Source: a virus. From it: a DNA stretch of 64,000 bases. This document shows, piece after piece, positions 8,719 through 17,544 of the stretch. A program made the translations under genes and the position numbers. How positions within the stretch are numbered: the first letter of the stretch is position 1; the number at the start of each line of letters is the position of its first letter. Location: the IMG/VR virus record IMGVR_UViG_3300032397_000002, positions 104,623-168,622 of that record. One strand, given 5' to 3'. Below the pieces are notes generated by a model that saw only the letters and a list, made by a program, of their open reading frames with translations, did not search any database and had not been told where the DNA came from.

Positions 8719-8945
8719 GGCACATCCTCGATGAGGGTGTACACCTTGGACGAGGTGCCGTCCTTCAGCATGGGCAGCCCGTCTTCGTGCAGGACCAGAG
8801 AGTAGCGATCCTTGTGGGGGTCCTTGATCTTGTGGAAGATGCAGATGGGCCGAAAGCCTGGCAGACCATGCACACTCACCACCTTCAGACCGGTAACCAC
8901 GCCGGTCTTCGGGTGCTTGTGGGACCAAATCTGTCCGGGCTTCAT
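8715..8945 (-). CDS. Hypothetical protein (SH3-like MKPGQIW start)
   Basis: GGAGG RBS; coupled. Confidence 0.55.
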   Translation of the reverse strand: MKPGQIWSHKHPKTGVVTGLKVVSVHGLPGFRPICIFHKIKDPHKDRYSLVLHEDGLPMLKDGTSSKVYTLIEDVP

Positions 8946-9238
8946 GCCTCCACCTCGGGGAGAAGTTCGACACGGTAGGTGCTGCCGGTCTCCGTCTCGA
9001 ACTGGAAGAATTCAAGGCCGTCGGTAGTGTGGCCACCGGCGGTGATGTTCTTCACTCGACTGGTCTGAATGATGCGCACAGTGGCGCCCTCGGTGAGAGA
9101 TTCGCCATAGAAGGTGAAGCTCTCTTCGGTCACCGGCGCTTCCCAGAAGAACCCCACTATCTCGGAGGTTCGAAGGGGGTTGCCGCTCTTTTTCTCCCCG
9201 GCGGCGAGGCGAATCAACTTCGCTGCTCTGGCACTCAT
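8942..9238 (-). CDS. Hypothetical protein
   Basis: AAGGAG RBS before ATG 9238. Confidence 0.6.
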   Translation of the reverse strand: MSARAAKLIRLAAGEKKSGNPLRTSEIVGFFWEAPVTEESFTFYGESLTEGATVRIIQTSRVKNITAGGHTTDGLEFFQFETETGSTYRVELLPEVEA

Positions 9239-9240
9239 GG

Positions 9241-9456
9241 CTACTCCTTCTTGAAGGAAGGAGAGATGCCAGTGGCGCCAGCCAGAGAGCGCACGCCAAC
9301 GGCGAGCACCATGGCCTGGAAGAACGTGATGTGTGGCAGGTTCAGGACGGCCGGGACGAAGTAGTTCCAACACGCCTGGGTGATGAAGGTGGTGATGAGC
9401 ATGGTGGCGATGGCCGAAACGATGACGGCAAGGACGGTGTTGACGGAAAGACTCAT
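9241..9456 (-). CDS. Two-TM membrane protein
   Basis: WNYFVPAVLNLPHITFFQA motif between TM helices. Confidence 0.65.
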   Translation of the reverse strand: MSLSVNTVLAVIVSAIATMLITTFITQACWNYFVPAVLNLPHITFFQAMVLAVGVRSLAGATGISPSFKKE

Positions 9457-9677
9457 TTGCTTCTCCTGGGGTTGGACAGTCGATTTCTTGCTTCGCGCGC
9501 CTTCTTTTGCGCTTCCTGCAGGTTATGTTCTGCTTGCCGCATCTCTGCGACCTTCAGATGTTCTCTGACGATTGTAGCAAGGGCCGCGCTCTGTGACAAG
9601 CCGGTAAGCCTTGCGAAGCCCTCTACGAATTTGTACTCGGGCTCCTCCAAAGTCGTAGTGACAGGTCTACCTCGCAT
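9453..9677 (-). CDS. Putative ribbon-helix-helix DNA-binding protein
   Basis: RPVTTTL...GLSQSAALATIVREHL. Confidence 0.5.
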   Translation of the reverse strand: MRGRPVTTTLEEPEYKFVEGFARLTGLSQSAALATIVREHLKVAEMRQAEHNLQEAQKKAREARNRLSNPRRSK

Positions 9678-9982
9678 CAGTCGAACCCCTGGTTGAAGAG
9701 GAAGTTGACTGCCCGGCGGTGGTCGTGGTCGTCCAGGCCCTTCTTGGGCTCCATGACGACGTGCATCACGTTGCCCTGGAAGGTGACGTCCCAGTCGATC
9801 AGCTCCATGACTGAAGGGAAGCTGCCCTGCTGCTGTAGGTCCTTCATGATGCCGTCGAGGAAGCCCCTGACGACGGCGGCTGAGACGTCGCTCATTGACT
9901 GCCCGACGAAGGCCTTCTCCATGCGCAGGCTCATCTCGCGGCTGATGAGGGCCTTCGTCTCGATGATTTCTTCCTGGGTCAT
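9677..9982 (-). CDS. Hypothetical protein
   Basis: Coupled ORF. Confidence 0.55.
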   Translation of the reverse strand: MTQEEIIETKALISREMSLRMEKAFVGQSMSDVSAAVVRGFLDGIMKDLQQQGSFPSVMELIDWDVTFQGNVMHVVMEPKKGLDDHDHRRAVNFLFNQGFD

Positions 9983-10188
9983 TCCCGGCTCCTGTACACG
10001 CGAAGCAGGTACTCCTTGGCAGCCCTGAGACCCTCTTCCCTGTCGACCTTCATGATGAGTCTCTTGACCGCATCGAGGACCTGCTCAGACTCAAGGAGGG
10101 TCTGGAGCTTCGTGCCAACGTCCAGGTCGTCGCTCAGCTCCTTGAGGCGGTAGTACTCGTCGTAGCGCATCGCGTCATCGATGTTCAT
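9979..10188 (-). CDS. Hypothetical protein
   Basis: AAGGAG RBS; ATG 10188. Confidence 0.55.
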   Translation of the reverse strand: MNIDDAMRYDEYYRLKELSDDLDVGTKLQTLLESEQVLDAVKRLIMKVDREEGLRAAKEYLLRVYRSRE

Positions 10189-10556
10189 GGGTTCTCCTTG
10201 TATTGGGGGCATTCCCTGGCATGACCACAGTACCACGCTTCACAGGTGCACGCCGGAACGAATCCGTTCTCTTTGCGAACCTGGTCAGCGACTGCCAGGA
10301 CGTTGGCGGGAAGCTGGTCACGGCCCACCAGCAAGGTTCTCTCCCCGAACTTCAGGGCGGTCTTCTTGGTGGCCTTGCAATGGCCGTAGTCATCGTCAAT
10401 GCCCACGATGGAGAGGTACTCTCGTGGGCCTCGCCAGGAGTCGCTCTGCTTGGCCCCGAGCACCACCCCGAAGCGCAGGCCGGCACAGCGGCCCTTGTTG
10501 TGCCCGTAGACGATGATGTCGAAGGGGCTCAGCTCTTTGCCCGCTTTGTCTTTCAT
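10185..10556 (-). CDS. Hypothetical protein with C-terminal CxC...HxxxCP tag
   Basis: MKDKAGKEL start; CTCEAWYCGHARECP. Confidence 0.6.
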   Translation of the reverse strand: MKDKAGKELSPFDIIVYGHNKGRCAGLRFGVVLGAKQSDSWRGPREYLSIVGIDDDYGHCKATKKTALKFGERTLLVGRDQLPANVLAVADQVRKENGFVPACTCEAWYCGHARECPQYKENP

Positions 10557-10846
10557 GAGACGTTGTCCTCGATGTTCTTGAAGTCGTCGGGAAGGCCGCC
10601 GAGGTCTTCCATGATGATGTTCGCTTCCTCCCCCTGGAGACAGCCGTCCTTGAAGTCCACGTCCTTCGCCAACCCAGCGGACTGCAGGTGGTCCATGAAG
10701 TCGCGTATGGAGATGCCGTGGTTCTCATGCACCCTTTTGCCGTTGATGTAGATACCCGACCACCCGTCGTCGGTGCCCACCAGCCACACCTCGGTCTTCT
10801 TCGGTTTCATGGCTTCGAACGCCTCCCTGAACTTCTTGTCGTTCAT
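10553..10846 (-). CDS. Hypothetical protein
   Basis: DGWSGIYINGK; coupled. Confidence 0.6.
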   Translation of the reverse strand: MNDKKFREAFEAMKPKKTEVWLVGTDDGWSGIYINGKRVHENHGISIRDFMDHLQSAGLAKDVDFKDGCLQGEEANIIMEDLGGLPDDFKNIEDNVS

Positions 10847-10848
10847 GA

Positions 10849-12135
10849 CTACCCTTTCACGCAGAGGACTTGCTTCAAGGTGTGGACGACCTCAACGAGG
10901 TCTCGCTGAGCTTCCATCACCGCGTCAATGTCCTTGTAGGCTGCAGGGGTCTCATCGACCACCTCGGCGTCCTTGCGGCACTCGACACCCTCGGTGGCCT
11001 TGATGTGGTCCTCGACCGTGAATTGCTTGCGCGCCTGGGTACGAGACATGGCACGACCAGCCCCGTGGCTGCACGAGTCGAAGCTGTCTGGGTTGCCGAG
11101 GCCACGGACGATGTAGGAGCGGGTCCCCATCGAGCCGGGTATGATGCCCAGGTCGCCCTTGCGCGCACGTACAGCCCCCTTGCGGGTCACGTAGACGTTG
11201 GCTCCGAAGTGATGCTCCTTGGCAACGTAGTTGTGGTGGCAGTTGACGGCGAACTCGTAGCCGGCTGCCAGGTCCAGCACGTTCATGGCAGGTTGGATGA
11301 TTTCAGGGAAGTAGTGGTGCATCTGCCCCATGACGGCAAGAGCCATGAGGTCGCGATTCTTGGAGGCATACTCCTGCGCCCAGCCGACTGCTTCCATGTA
11401 GTCGTTGAAAAGCTCGGTGTTCTCGGGGAAGTAGGCGAGGTCCTTGTCGGGGAGGTTGATGTAGAACTTCTGCATCTCCTCACGAGCCTTGCTGATGAAG
11501 AAGGAGCCGATGGCGTTGCCGGGCCCACGCGAGCCGCTGTGCAGCATCACCCAGACATGTTGCTCTTCGTCCAGGCAGACCTCCACGAAGTGGTTGCCAG
11601 TGCCAAGGGTACCAAGGTGGCGATCCACCGACTTGTGCTTGATTTTCGGATACTTGTCGGTGATGCGCTTGTAGCGCTCCACCATGGATTCCTGCATGAA
11701 GGGGGCGTACTCCAGCGTGGCCTTCACGTCCAGCGGGATGGTTCCCCACGCTCCACGGTCGCCGGGCCCACCATTGGAGGTACGACCGTGCGGCACCGCA
11801 CGCTCAATGGCGTTGCGAAGCTTGGCCAGGTTGTCGGGCAGGTCAGAGGCACGGAGGGGAGTGCGAATTGCCATCATGCCACAGCCGATGTCAACTCCCA
11901 CGGCAGCGGGGATGATGGCCCCACGGGTGGGAATCACAGAGCCGACGGTGGCGCCAATGCCGGCGTGGACGTCGGGCATGATGGCCACGTGCTCGTGAAT
12001 GAAGGGCATGCTGGCGATGTTCAGGACCTGCTGACGCGCTTGCTCCTCGAAGAGGACGCCTCGGGTCCAGGACTTCACCAGGGCCTTGCCAGACTCAGCT
12101 TGGAATGGAACATCGTAATTTCGGTTGGGATTCAT
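10849..12135 (-). CDS. rtcB: RtcB RNA/tRNA ligase
   Basis: MPDVHAGIGATVG, GVDIGCG, LGTLGTGNHF, HSGSRG, NCHHNY, PGSMG, SHGAGR, VCVKG-like C-terminus. Confidence 0.97.
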   Translation of the reverse strand: MNPNRNYDVPFQAESGKALVKSWTRGVLFEEQARQQVLNIASMPFIHEHVAIMPDVHAGIGATVGSVIPTRGAIIPAAVGVDIGCGMMAIRTPLRASDLPDNLAKLRNAIERAVPHGRTSNGGPGDRGAWGTIPLDVKATLEYAPFMQESMVERYKRITDKYPKIKHKSVDRHLGTLGTGNHFVEVCLDEEQHVWVMLHSGSRGPGNAIGSFFISKAREEMQKFYINLPDKDLAYFPENTELFNDYMEAVGWAQEYASKNRDLMALAVMGQMHHYFPEIIQPAMNVLDLAAGYEFAVNCHHNYVAKEHHFGANVYVTRKGAVRARKGDLGIIPGSMGTRSYIVRGLGNPDSFDSCSHGAGRAMSRTQARKQFTVEDHIKATEGVECRKDAEVVDETPAAYKDIDAVMEAQRDLVEVVHTLKQVLCVKG

Positions 12136-12605
12136 ATGTCCATCGCCCTCTCGTGGTAGCAGCCTTTGCACAGTACCACAGGAACGTCTCGGTTGTGAAT
12201 CTCGGATGCGAACGGGCAGAAGCCTTCGCTCACGCTATCATCAGTGCCACCACAGTCCTGGCAGACGAGCTTGACGCTTCTTGGCGAGTTGTTGATCTCC
12301 TCCAAGATGCGGTCGTTGGCGGCCTTTTTCTTGGCCAATTTTATGAGGCTCATAGCCTGCCAATGAGCCTCAATCTCTGCAGCGTCCATGTGCTTGAAGT
12401 CAACCAGACACGCGCCACACTGCATCTCGCCGTCGTCCCCGTACAAGATGGAGAAGTGGTTGGGGTCGTGACGGAGCCAGAGCAGCCTCTGGAGTCGCTC
12501 CACCTCACCTACCAGGTCGTAGACCAGCCGATGGGGCTTGTCCTTCCATTCAGCTGCCAGGGGCCCAAGCCCGCTGGGTGCGCGGTGGTAGTCGTCGGTG
12601 TTCAT
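12132..12605 (-). CDS. Hypothetical protein with C-terminal Zn finger
   Basis: CPFASEIH...LCKGCYHERAMDI; coupled. Confidence 0.6.
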   Translation of the reverse strand: MNTDDYHRAPSGLGPLAAEWKDKPHRLVYDLVGEVERLQRLLWLRHDPNHFSILYGDDGEMQCGACLVDFKHMDAAEIEAHWQAMSLIKLAKKKAANDRILEEINNSPRSVKLVCQDCGGTDDSVSEGFCPFASEIHNRDVPVVLCKGCYHERAMDI

Positions 12606-12961
12606 CGGTTCTCCAGTTCCTTCCGGTCGGCCTCGATGGCCCGCCAATTGGCGCAGTAGGCCTCGGAGCCGTAGGCCGGGTCGACCTCTTCCCATGCCGC
12701 CCGGCCGACGGGGCCAAACCAGGTGCCGGCCTCCTGGGCAATCAGGACCTTGGCGAAGAGGGTGCCGACAGCCGTCCTGGTCCTCTCCAGCCAGCCCCGG
12801 GAGGGGGAGTTGAAGCGCATGAAGTGAACGAACCGTCGGCCGTTGGAGGCGGTGGCCACCAGGTAGAAGCTGAGTCCTTCCATCATCTCGCCATCCTCCG
12901 AGACGCCGGCGTCGTAGACGTCAGAGGCGATTTCGACTTCCCAGCTGGTGTTTGCGTTCAT
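12602..12961 (-). CDS. Hypothetical protein
   Basis: W.EVDPAYGSEAY motif; start defined by promoter. Confidence 0.65.
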   Translation of the reverse strand: MNANTSWEVEIASDVYDAGVSEDGEMMEGLSFYLVATASNGRRFVHFMRFNSPSRGWLERTRTAVGTLFAKVLIAQEAGTWFGPVGRAAWEEVDPAYGSEAYCANWRAIEADRKELENR

Positions 12962-12968
12962 GTGAGGC

Positions 12969-12997
12969 ACACTACGCCCCCTTCAGCTTGGTGTCAA
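12969..12997 (-). promoter_or_regulatory. Sigma70-type promoter
   Basis: TTGACA-17 nt-TAGTGT, 7 nt to ATG 12961; the TAG is the RNase H stop codon. Confidence 0.75.
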
Positions 12998-13484
12998 TAG
13001 CCCTTCGAGCTTTTCTTCTGGCACCTCGATTGGTCTTCTTCTGGACCCCGCCGTACTGGTACTTTCCAGCCTTGGCCAATTTATCGCACATTTCATTGAT
13101 GGGGTGGCCGTCGTGACCTCGGACCCACCTGGTGCTGACGATGGCTTGGGCACAAATTTGTCGCACATGGTTGGCCAGGGCGACGTTTTTGGTCGCTGAG
13201 AAGGCCCCGTTGGCCAGCCCCAGGACGTACTGGCTGTCTGACACCAGCTCGATGCTGTACACCTTGCCCTTCATCGCCTCGAACTCTGGGTGCCCCAATA
13301 GAGCACGAAGTCCTTCTCGGGCGCCCATCAGCTCGGCAATGTTGTTCGTGCCCACTGGTGCCCCGCCAGAGCCCGCACAGAGGACTCTGTCGTCCATCAG
13401 AACCACCCACCCCCAACCGATGGCCCCGTGACTGTTGCCACCGCTGGAGCCGTCTGCATAGACGCTGAACTTCGTCGCTGTCAC
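12972..13484 (-). CDS. rnhA: Ribonuclease HI
   Basis: YADGS, TNNIAELMGA, SDSQYV, WVRGH, NEMCDKLA; GTG at 13484. Confidence 0.92.
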   Translation of the reverse strand: MTATKFSVYADGSSGGNSHGAIGWGWVVLMDDRVLCAGSGGAPVGTNNIAELMGAREGLRALLGHPEFEAMKGKVYSIELVSDSQYVLGLANGAFSATKNVALANHVRQICAQAIVSTRWVRGHDGHPINEMCDKLAKAGKYQYGGVQKKTNRGARRKARRAIDTKLKGA

Positions 13485-13762
13485 TTCTTGCTCCAGGGGC
13501 ACCACGAGCTGTGAAAGGGGGAGCCGAACTTGTGCCCCAGCTTGTGTGCCCCGCACTCACATGTGCTGGTGAGGTCGTCAAAGAAGACGTTCTTGCGCGG
13601 CTGCAAGACCTTCTGCATGCCGTAGTACCTCATGTTGGTGCCTGGGACGGCCACACCGGGGCATGGTCGGACCTGGTTTGTCATGACGGCCATGATGGTT
13701 ACCCGTGCCCTACAGACCCGACAGACACTCACCAGGTCTTTCGTTTCAAAGTCGTGGTCCAT
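13481..13762 (-). CDS. Zn-binding hypothetical protein with CECG...HSSWCP tag
   Basis: CRVC plus C-terminal tag. Confidence 0.6.
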   Translation of the reverse strand: MDHDFETKDLVSVCRVCRARVTIMAVMTNQVRPCPGVAVPGTNMRYYGMQKVLQPRKNVFFDDLTSTCECGAHKLGHKFGSPFHSSWCPWSKK

Positions 13763-13763
13763 G

Positions 13764-14225
13764 TTAGTTCAGAAGACCGCCGGTAGGCGAAGAGGTACGA
13801 GGGAGCTTCGCTCTGACAGCAACCTCATCCAGAAGCTCCGCACTCTCGAAAATCTTCCTCAATTCAGTGACATGGACACGAATCGGAGCCAAGATGGGCT
13901 CCAACTTCTCCTCTTCGAGGCCCGGGAAGTCGTCGGCGCTGAGAGAGATTTCCAGAAGCTTAGTGAAGAAGTTGAATCTCTCGTTGTCCAGCGGGAGCAT
14001 TGCCGTCGGGATACCGTGGAGACCCATCAGGGCCCCAACCACGACCAGTGGTTGCTCGGCCTGATTCATGTACTCGGTCGTCCTCAGGATGCTCACGCAT
14101 TGGAGGGGGACGGAGTCCTCGCTGTAGAGAATTTTCTTCAGGGCCCTGGTGAAGTCGAGCCGAAGCAGGCTTCTGAGGGCTCCGAGCTGGTCTACATTGA
14201 CGACTGGCACTCTGAGCAAGCTCAC
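13764..14225 (-). CDS. Hypothetical protein
   Basis: GGAGG RBS; GTGA coupling. Confidence 0.55.
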   Translation of the reverse strand: MSLLRVPVVNVDQLGALRSLLRLDFTRALKKILYSEDSVPLQCVSILRTTEYMNQAEQPLVVVGALMGLHGIPTAMLPLDNERFNFFTKLLEISLSADDFPGLEEEKLEPILAPIRVHVTELRKIFESAELLDEVAVRAKLPRTSSPTGGLLN

Positions 14226-14446
14226 ACTGCCTCCTGGTGCAAGACTTGGAAGGGTTGGGCGTTGTTCCAGTAGACGAGGTCCCCTGGGTCACCTTCCGAC
14301 ATGATGAACTCCAAGATGAGGTCTGCCAGCGTCCCCTTGGGGGTGACGCCACAGTCGAACTTGATGCCTCTTTCCAAATTCTCGTACACGACCGAAACTC
14401 CTTGTTTTGTATCTCTGACAGTCCAGCGGGCTCCGAGGGATTTCAT
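14222..14446 (-). CDS. Hypothetical protein
   Basis: Start placed downstream of promoter. Confidence 0.55.
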   Translation of the reverse strand: MKSLGARWTVRDTKQGVSVVYENLERGIKFDCGVTPKGTLADLILEFIMSEGDPGDLVYWNNAQPFQVLHQEAV

Positions 14447-14455
14447 GGTGCCCCA

Positions 14456-14484
14456 TGTGTATCTGACTGGGGCCCACATGTCAA
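14456..14484 (-). promoter_or_regulatory. Sigma70-type promoter
   Basis: TTGACA-17 nt-TACACA, 9 nt to ATG 14446. Confidence 0.55.
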
Positions 14485-14690
14485 GTCACCAGGAGGACCT
14501 GAATGCGCTCTTCCCCGGCCTCGACATTGGTCTTGAAGTCCTCCTCAATGCCGTACTTGGTCTTGAGGGCCGTCGTGGCGTGGACATCGGCCACACGGTA
14601 GTTGTGGTCACACCCTTCGACCACCAGGAGGGCGTTCTCGTCCACGTCGGCGAGCATTTCGCGAAGCTTCTTGACAGTAATAGCTCTCAC
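14481..14690 (-). CDS. Hypothetical protein
   Basis: ITVKKLREMLADVDEN, a common phage N-terminus. Confidence 0.6.
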   Translation of the reverse strand: MRAITVKKLREMLADVDENALLVVEGCDHNYRVADVHATTALKTKYGIEEDFKTNVEAGEERIQVLLVT

Positions 14691-14902
14691 ACTCGGCCTC
14701 CCTCAAGCCACTCTTCGAGGGCCATCCTCACGGCCTTGGCTGGTGCAATGGTCCCGTCGTTCCAGTCGGTGATGAGGTCGCCAATCTCATTGCGCACCTC
14801 ACGCGGGAGAGAGTTGAAGATTTTGGCTGTCTCGTCGAGGGCCTTGAGCACCTTGGTGACGGCCCGCTGGTTCTTGGCCGTTTCGGTATGGAGACTTTTC
14901 AT
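14687..14902 (-). CDS. Hypothetical protein
   Basis: Coupled ORF. Confidence 0.55.
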   Translation of the reverse strand: MKSLHTETAKNQRAVTKVLKALDETAKIFNSLPREVRNEIGDLITDWNDGTIAPAKAVRMALEEWLEGGRV

Positions 14903-15144
14903 GCTGTCCCCGGCGACTTGATGAAGACAATGACGCGGCCATCGGGATGGGTCTTGGAAATCTCCAAGAGCTTCTCCAGAGAGGAGGTGGTCAGGACCAG
15001 GACCTCCCCGTCCTTGACCTTGAAGAGGGCCACTCCCTGCTGTTCGATTTGCCCTTCGATGCTCTTGACGATGTCACTCACTGACAGCCTCCGTGTTTTC
15101 TTGGGGGACTTCTTGCTCTTCTTGGGTGCTGCTTTCTTGCTCAC
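14899..15144 (-). CDS. Hypothetical protein with Lys-rich N-terminus
   Basis: GAGG RBS before GTG 15144. Confidence 0.5.
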   Translation of the reverse strand: MSKKAAPKKSKKSPKKTRRLSVSDIVKSIEGQIEQQGVALFKVKDGEVLVLTTSSLEKLLEISKTHPDGRVIVFIKSPGTA

Positions 15145-15373
15145 GTGGTACCTCACATGGGATGAAGACGTCGATTGGAAGGGCAATCAGTTTGCCGCAA
15201 GTGCCCGCGTTGGTGCAGAAGGTGATGAGAATACCATCGTCCAGGAGCTGGACACGAGGCTGGCCACCGATGAAGATGCCACCACTGAGAGACTTGACCA
15301 GGGTGGCCAGGTCTTGCGGTCGCATGCGGATGCGCGCCTCAGGGAAGCGCTGCCAGCTCTCGTCGAGGCTCAC
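15074..15373 (-). CDS. Hypothetical protein
   Basis: GTGA-coupled; overlaps the next gene by about 70 nt. Confidence 0.45.
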   Translation of the reverse strand: MSLDESWQRFPEARIRMRPQDLATLVKSLSGGIFIGGQPRVQLLDDGILITFCTNAGTCGKLIALPIDVFIPCEVPREQESSTQEEQEVPQENTEAVSE

Positions 15374-15795
15374 TTGGTGCCCTTCTTGGGCTTCTTTGCA
15401 TTCTTGTCGACCAGGGCCTTGATGGCCTCAATGGCCTCGCTGTCGTGAGCCCCGTAGCCGTAGAGGCTGCCGTCGGGGTTGCGCATTGCCAGGGCCTCCC
15501 AGGAGGTCTCGGTGGCACTGAAGGCGTCCTCTTCGAGGCCGTTGCAGCTGCAGTGGCTGCCGCCGTACTCCATCAGCTTGCCGTTCTTCTTGAAGAAGAT
15601 GGTCGCAGAGCCGCTGTAGTCCTCGTAGTCGTAGGCTGCCCAGAGGATTTCCTTGTCGGTGGGGAAGTTGGGGTTGTTCTCCCGCCAGTTCTTGCGGTCT
15701 TGCTCCTGGCTGTTGCTGTAGCCGGTGTTGGCGAGGCTGTCGACGACGTCCTCGTACTTCTCCCAGATACCGAAGTACTTCTTTGCGGTGGTCAT
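15370..15795 (-). CDS. Conserved phage hypothetical protein
   Basis: YEDYSGSA...GSHCSCNGLE motif. Confidence 0.7.
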   Translation of the reverse strand: MTTAKKYFGIWEKYEDVVDSLANTGYSNSQEQDRKNWRENNPNFPTDKEILWAAYDYEDYSGSATIFFKKNGKLMEYGGSHCSCNGLEEDAFSATETSWEALAMRNPDGSLYGYGAHDSEAIEAIKALVDKNAKKPKKGTK

Positions 15796-16154
15796 TTCTT
15801 CTCCAGGGACTTCTTGTAGAGCTTCAGGAACAGCTTCAGGGCGCCCATGGCTCCAACGGCGTCCACATTGAACTTCTTTCCAAGAGTGTGGCGGACATCT
15901 GAGTCCCAGTCAAGGGCCTCGTCAATCATCCGTCGCATCGCCACCTTGTCGATGACCAGGAGGTGATTGCGTTCCTTTTCATTGGCGAGGTCCTCATCTG
16001 CCTTCTTCAGGGCCCTCTTCAGTTCGGCGTGAGTCATGACCTCATTCTCGTACTCGTCAATCTCGTTGGCGAATTCCGTCAGCCTCTCGGAGGTCTGCTT
16101 GAGGATCTTTTCCGCATCCTCCACTTCAGCCAAGATTTGCCAGGCGGTGGTCAT
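15792..16154 (-). CDS. Coiled-coil hypothetical protein
   Basis: Coupled ORF. Confidence 0.6.
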   Translation of the reverse strand: MTTAWQILAEVEDAEKILKQTSERLTEFANEIDEYENEVMTHAELKRALKKADEDLANEKERNHLLVIDKVAMRRMIDEALDWDSDVRHTLGKKFNVDAVGAMGALKLFLKLYKKSLEKK

Positions 16155-16369
16155 CGTCCTCTCCTCTTGCGGTTGGCGAGCTTCTCGTTGGCCTCCGCCT
16201 TCACGATGCGGAAGAAGACCATCTCCGCCACATCTCGAAGGGGGAGGGTGTACTCCCGCCGCCGGCGGTAGGGCTTGACGCTGAAGAGGTTGGCCCCACG
16301 GTCGATGATGATGGTGACCCCAGCTGCCTGGTCAAACTTCCCGTCAACCCTGAACTTGGACTTGCTCAT
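16151..16369 (-). CDS. Small basic hypothetical protein
   Basis: Coupled ORF. Confidence 0.6.
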   Translation of the reverse strand: MSKSKFRVDGKFDQAAGVTIIIDRGANLFSVKPYRRRREYTLPLRDVAEMVFFRIVKAEANEKLANRKRRGR

Positions 16370-16551
16370 GCTTCCCCCAGGTCTACCATGTTCTCGAAGT
16401 CCAGAACAGGGTCCTGACCAAGCTGGTAGGCGAACCAGGCATTTTCTTGGTCTTGGACCGTGAGGTCGCAGGGGTCATCGCCTTCGTCATGCTCGACGAC
16501 AATGACGACCTTCTTGCGGGCAACTACTTCGACTTCCACCTTGCTCTTCAC
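16366..16551 (-). CDS. Small acidic hypothetical protein
   Basis: Coupled ORF. Confidence 0.5.
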   Translation of the reverse strand: MKSKVEVEVVARKKVVIVVEHDEGDDPCDLTVQDQENAWFAYQLGQDPVLDFENMVDLGEA

Positions 16552-17504
16552 TTGGTCTCCAGTGCGGCCTTTGCCGCCTTCTTGGCAGCGCGGGCCGCCT
16601 TCTTCTCAGCCTTCGCCTTCTCAGCGTCGACCCACTCCTGGGTGACCGCATTGACGCGGGTCAGAGTGGTCTGCTTCAGGCCCTTGTAGTCCTCGTTCTT
16701 CTTGACGGTGCCGGCCAGGATGTACTCGTTGCCGATGACCCAGGTGCCCTCGGAGAAGCTGCCCGAGGCGAACCAGGTGAGGGCGTTGCCGGCCTCAGAG
16801 ACGAACTTGAGCATCGTGGTGCAGCCGTAGTTGCCTTCCAGCTCCTTCTGGCCCATGAGGGTGGCCTTCACCACCACCTTGTCGCCCTCGGTGGCGAAGA
16901 ACTTCGAGGTCTCCTTGAGGTTCGAGAACTTGCGGCGCTCGATCTCCTTGCCCTGCTCGCGGGTGGCGGTGGCGATGATGCTGGCCGCGATGCCCGAGCC
17001 CTTGAAGTCGATGACGCCCATGCGGCAGACGATGTTCAGGTTGTGGAGGTAGTCGTTCAGCTCGCCCTTGTCCAGCTCGCTGTCGATGAAGACCTGGAGG
17101 TACTCCTTGCAGTCCTGGCCGCGCTTGAAGTCTTCGGCGGTGGGGATGTACTTGGGGTTGATGTCGCGGGTCTTGCCCGAGGCGACCGCCATCATCACGC
17201 CCCAGGCGGTGTCAGCCGAGGCGTGGATGGTAGCCCCACCACCGTTGTTCATGTTGCGGGCCTGGGTGCGGCTCATCCAGCCATCGACCCGGATGACGGC
17301 GGCCACGTGGCCCAGGAAGGTGACGAGGCTGAAGTGGGTCATCCGCTCGCCACCCATGCCACCCTCGAACTCCTCGCCAGCCGAGACGGCGTCGGCCAGG
17401 TACTCGAAGAGCTTGGCGACATTCTCGGGGTTCGCGTGGCCCAGGAAGTCAGCGAGGCAGTTGCTGCCGACGACCTTGAACTCGGGGTTGGTGGTTGCGT
17501 TCAT
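16548..17504 (-). CDS. C-terminal half of a split phage protein (VGSNCLADFLG plus C-terminal OB-fold)
   Basis: Start reassigned to ATG 17504 from the promoter; GN.LTWFAS...GTVK...YKGLKQTTLTRV OB-like end. Confidence 0.75.
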   Translation of the reverse strand: MNATTNPEFKVVGSNCLADFLGHANPENVAKLFEYLADAVSAGEEFEGGMGGERMTHFSLVTFLGHVAAVIRVDGWMSRTQARNMNNGGGATIHASADTAWGVMMAVASGKTRDINPKYIPTAEDFKRGQDCKEYLQVFIDSELDKGELNDYLHNLNIVCRMGVIDFKGSGIAASIIATATREQGKEIERRKFSNLKETSKFFATEGDKVVVKATLMGQKELEGNYGCTTMLKFVSEAGNALTWFASGSFSEGTWVIGNEYILAGTVKKNEDYKGLKQTTLTRVNAVTQEWVDAEKAKAEKKAARAAKKAAKAALETK

Positions 17505-17511
17505 GAGTTGT

Positions 17512-17540
17512 GTTCTACAGGAGTCTTTCTGGGCCGTCAA
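17512..17540 (-). promoter_or_regulatory. Sigma70-type promoter, near-copy of 18673..18701
   Basis: TTGACG-17 nt-TAGAAC, 7 nt to ATG 17504. Confidence 0.85.
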
Positions 17541-17544
17541 GCCC

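Noticed and set aside
10870-12159. Long antisense ORFs (also 1428..2588, 5750..6760, 17068..18867, 51456..53288)
   Set aside because: They are shadows of GC3-biased real genes on the opposite strand, with no motifs or start signals.
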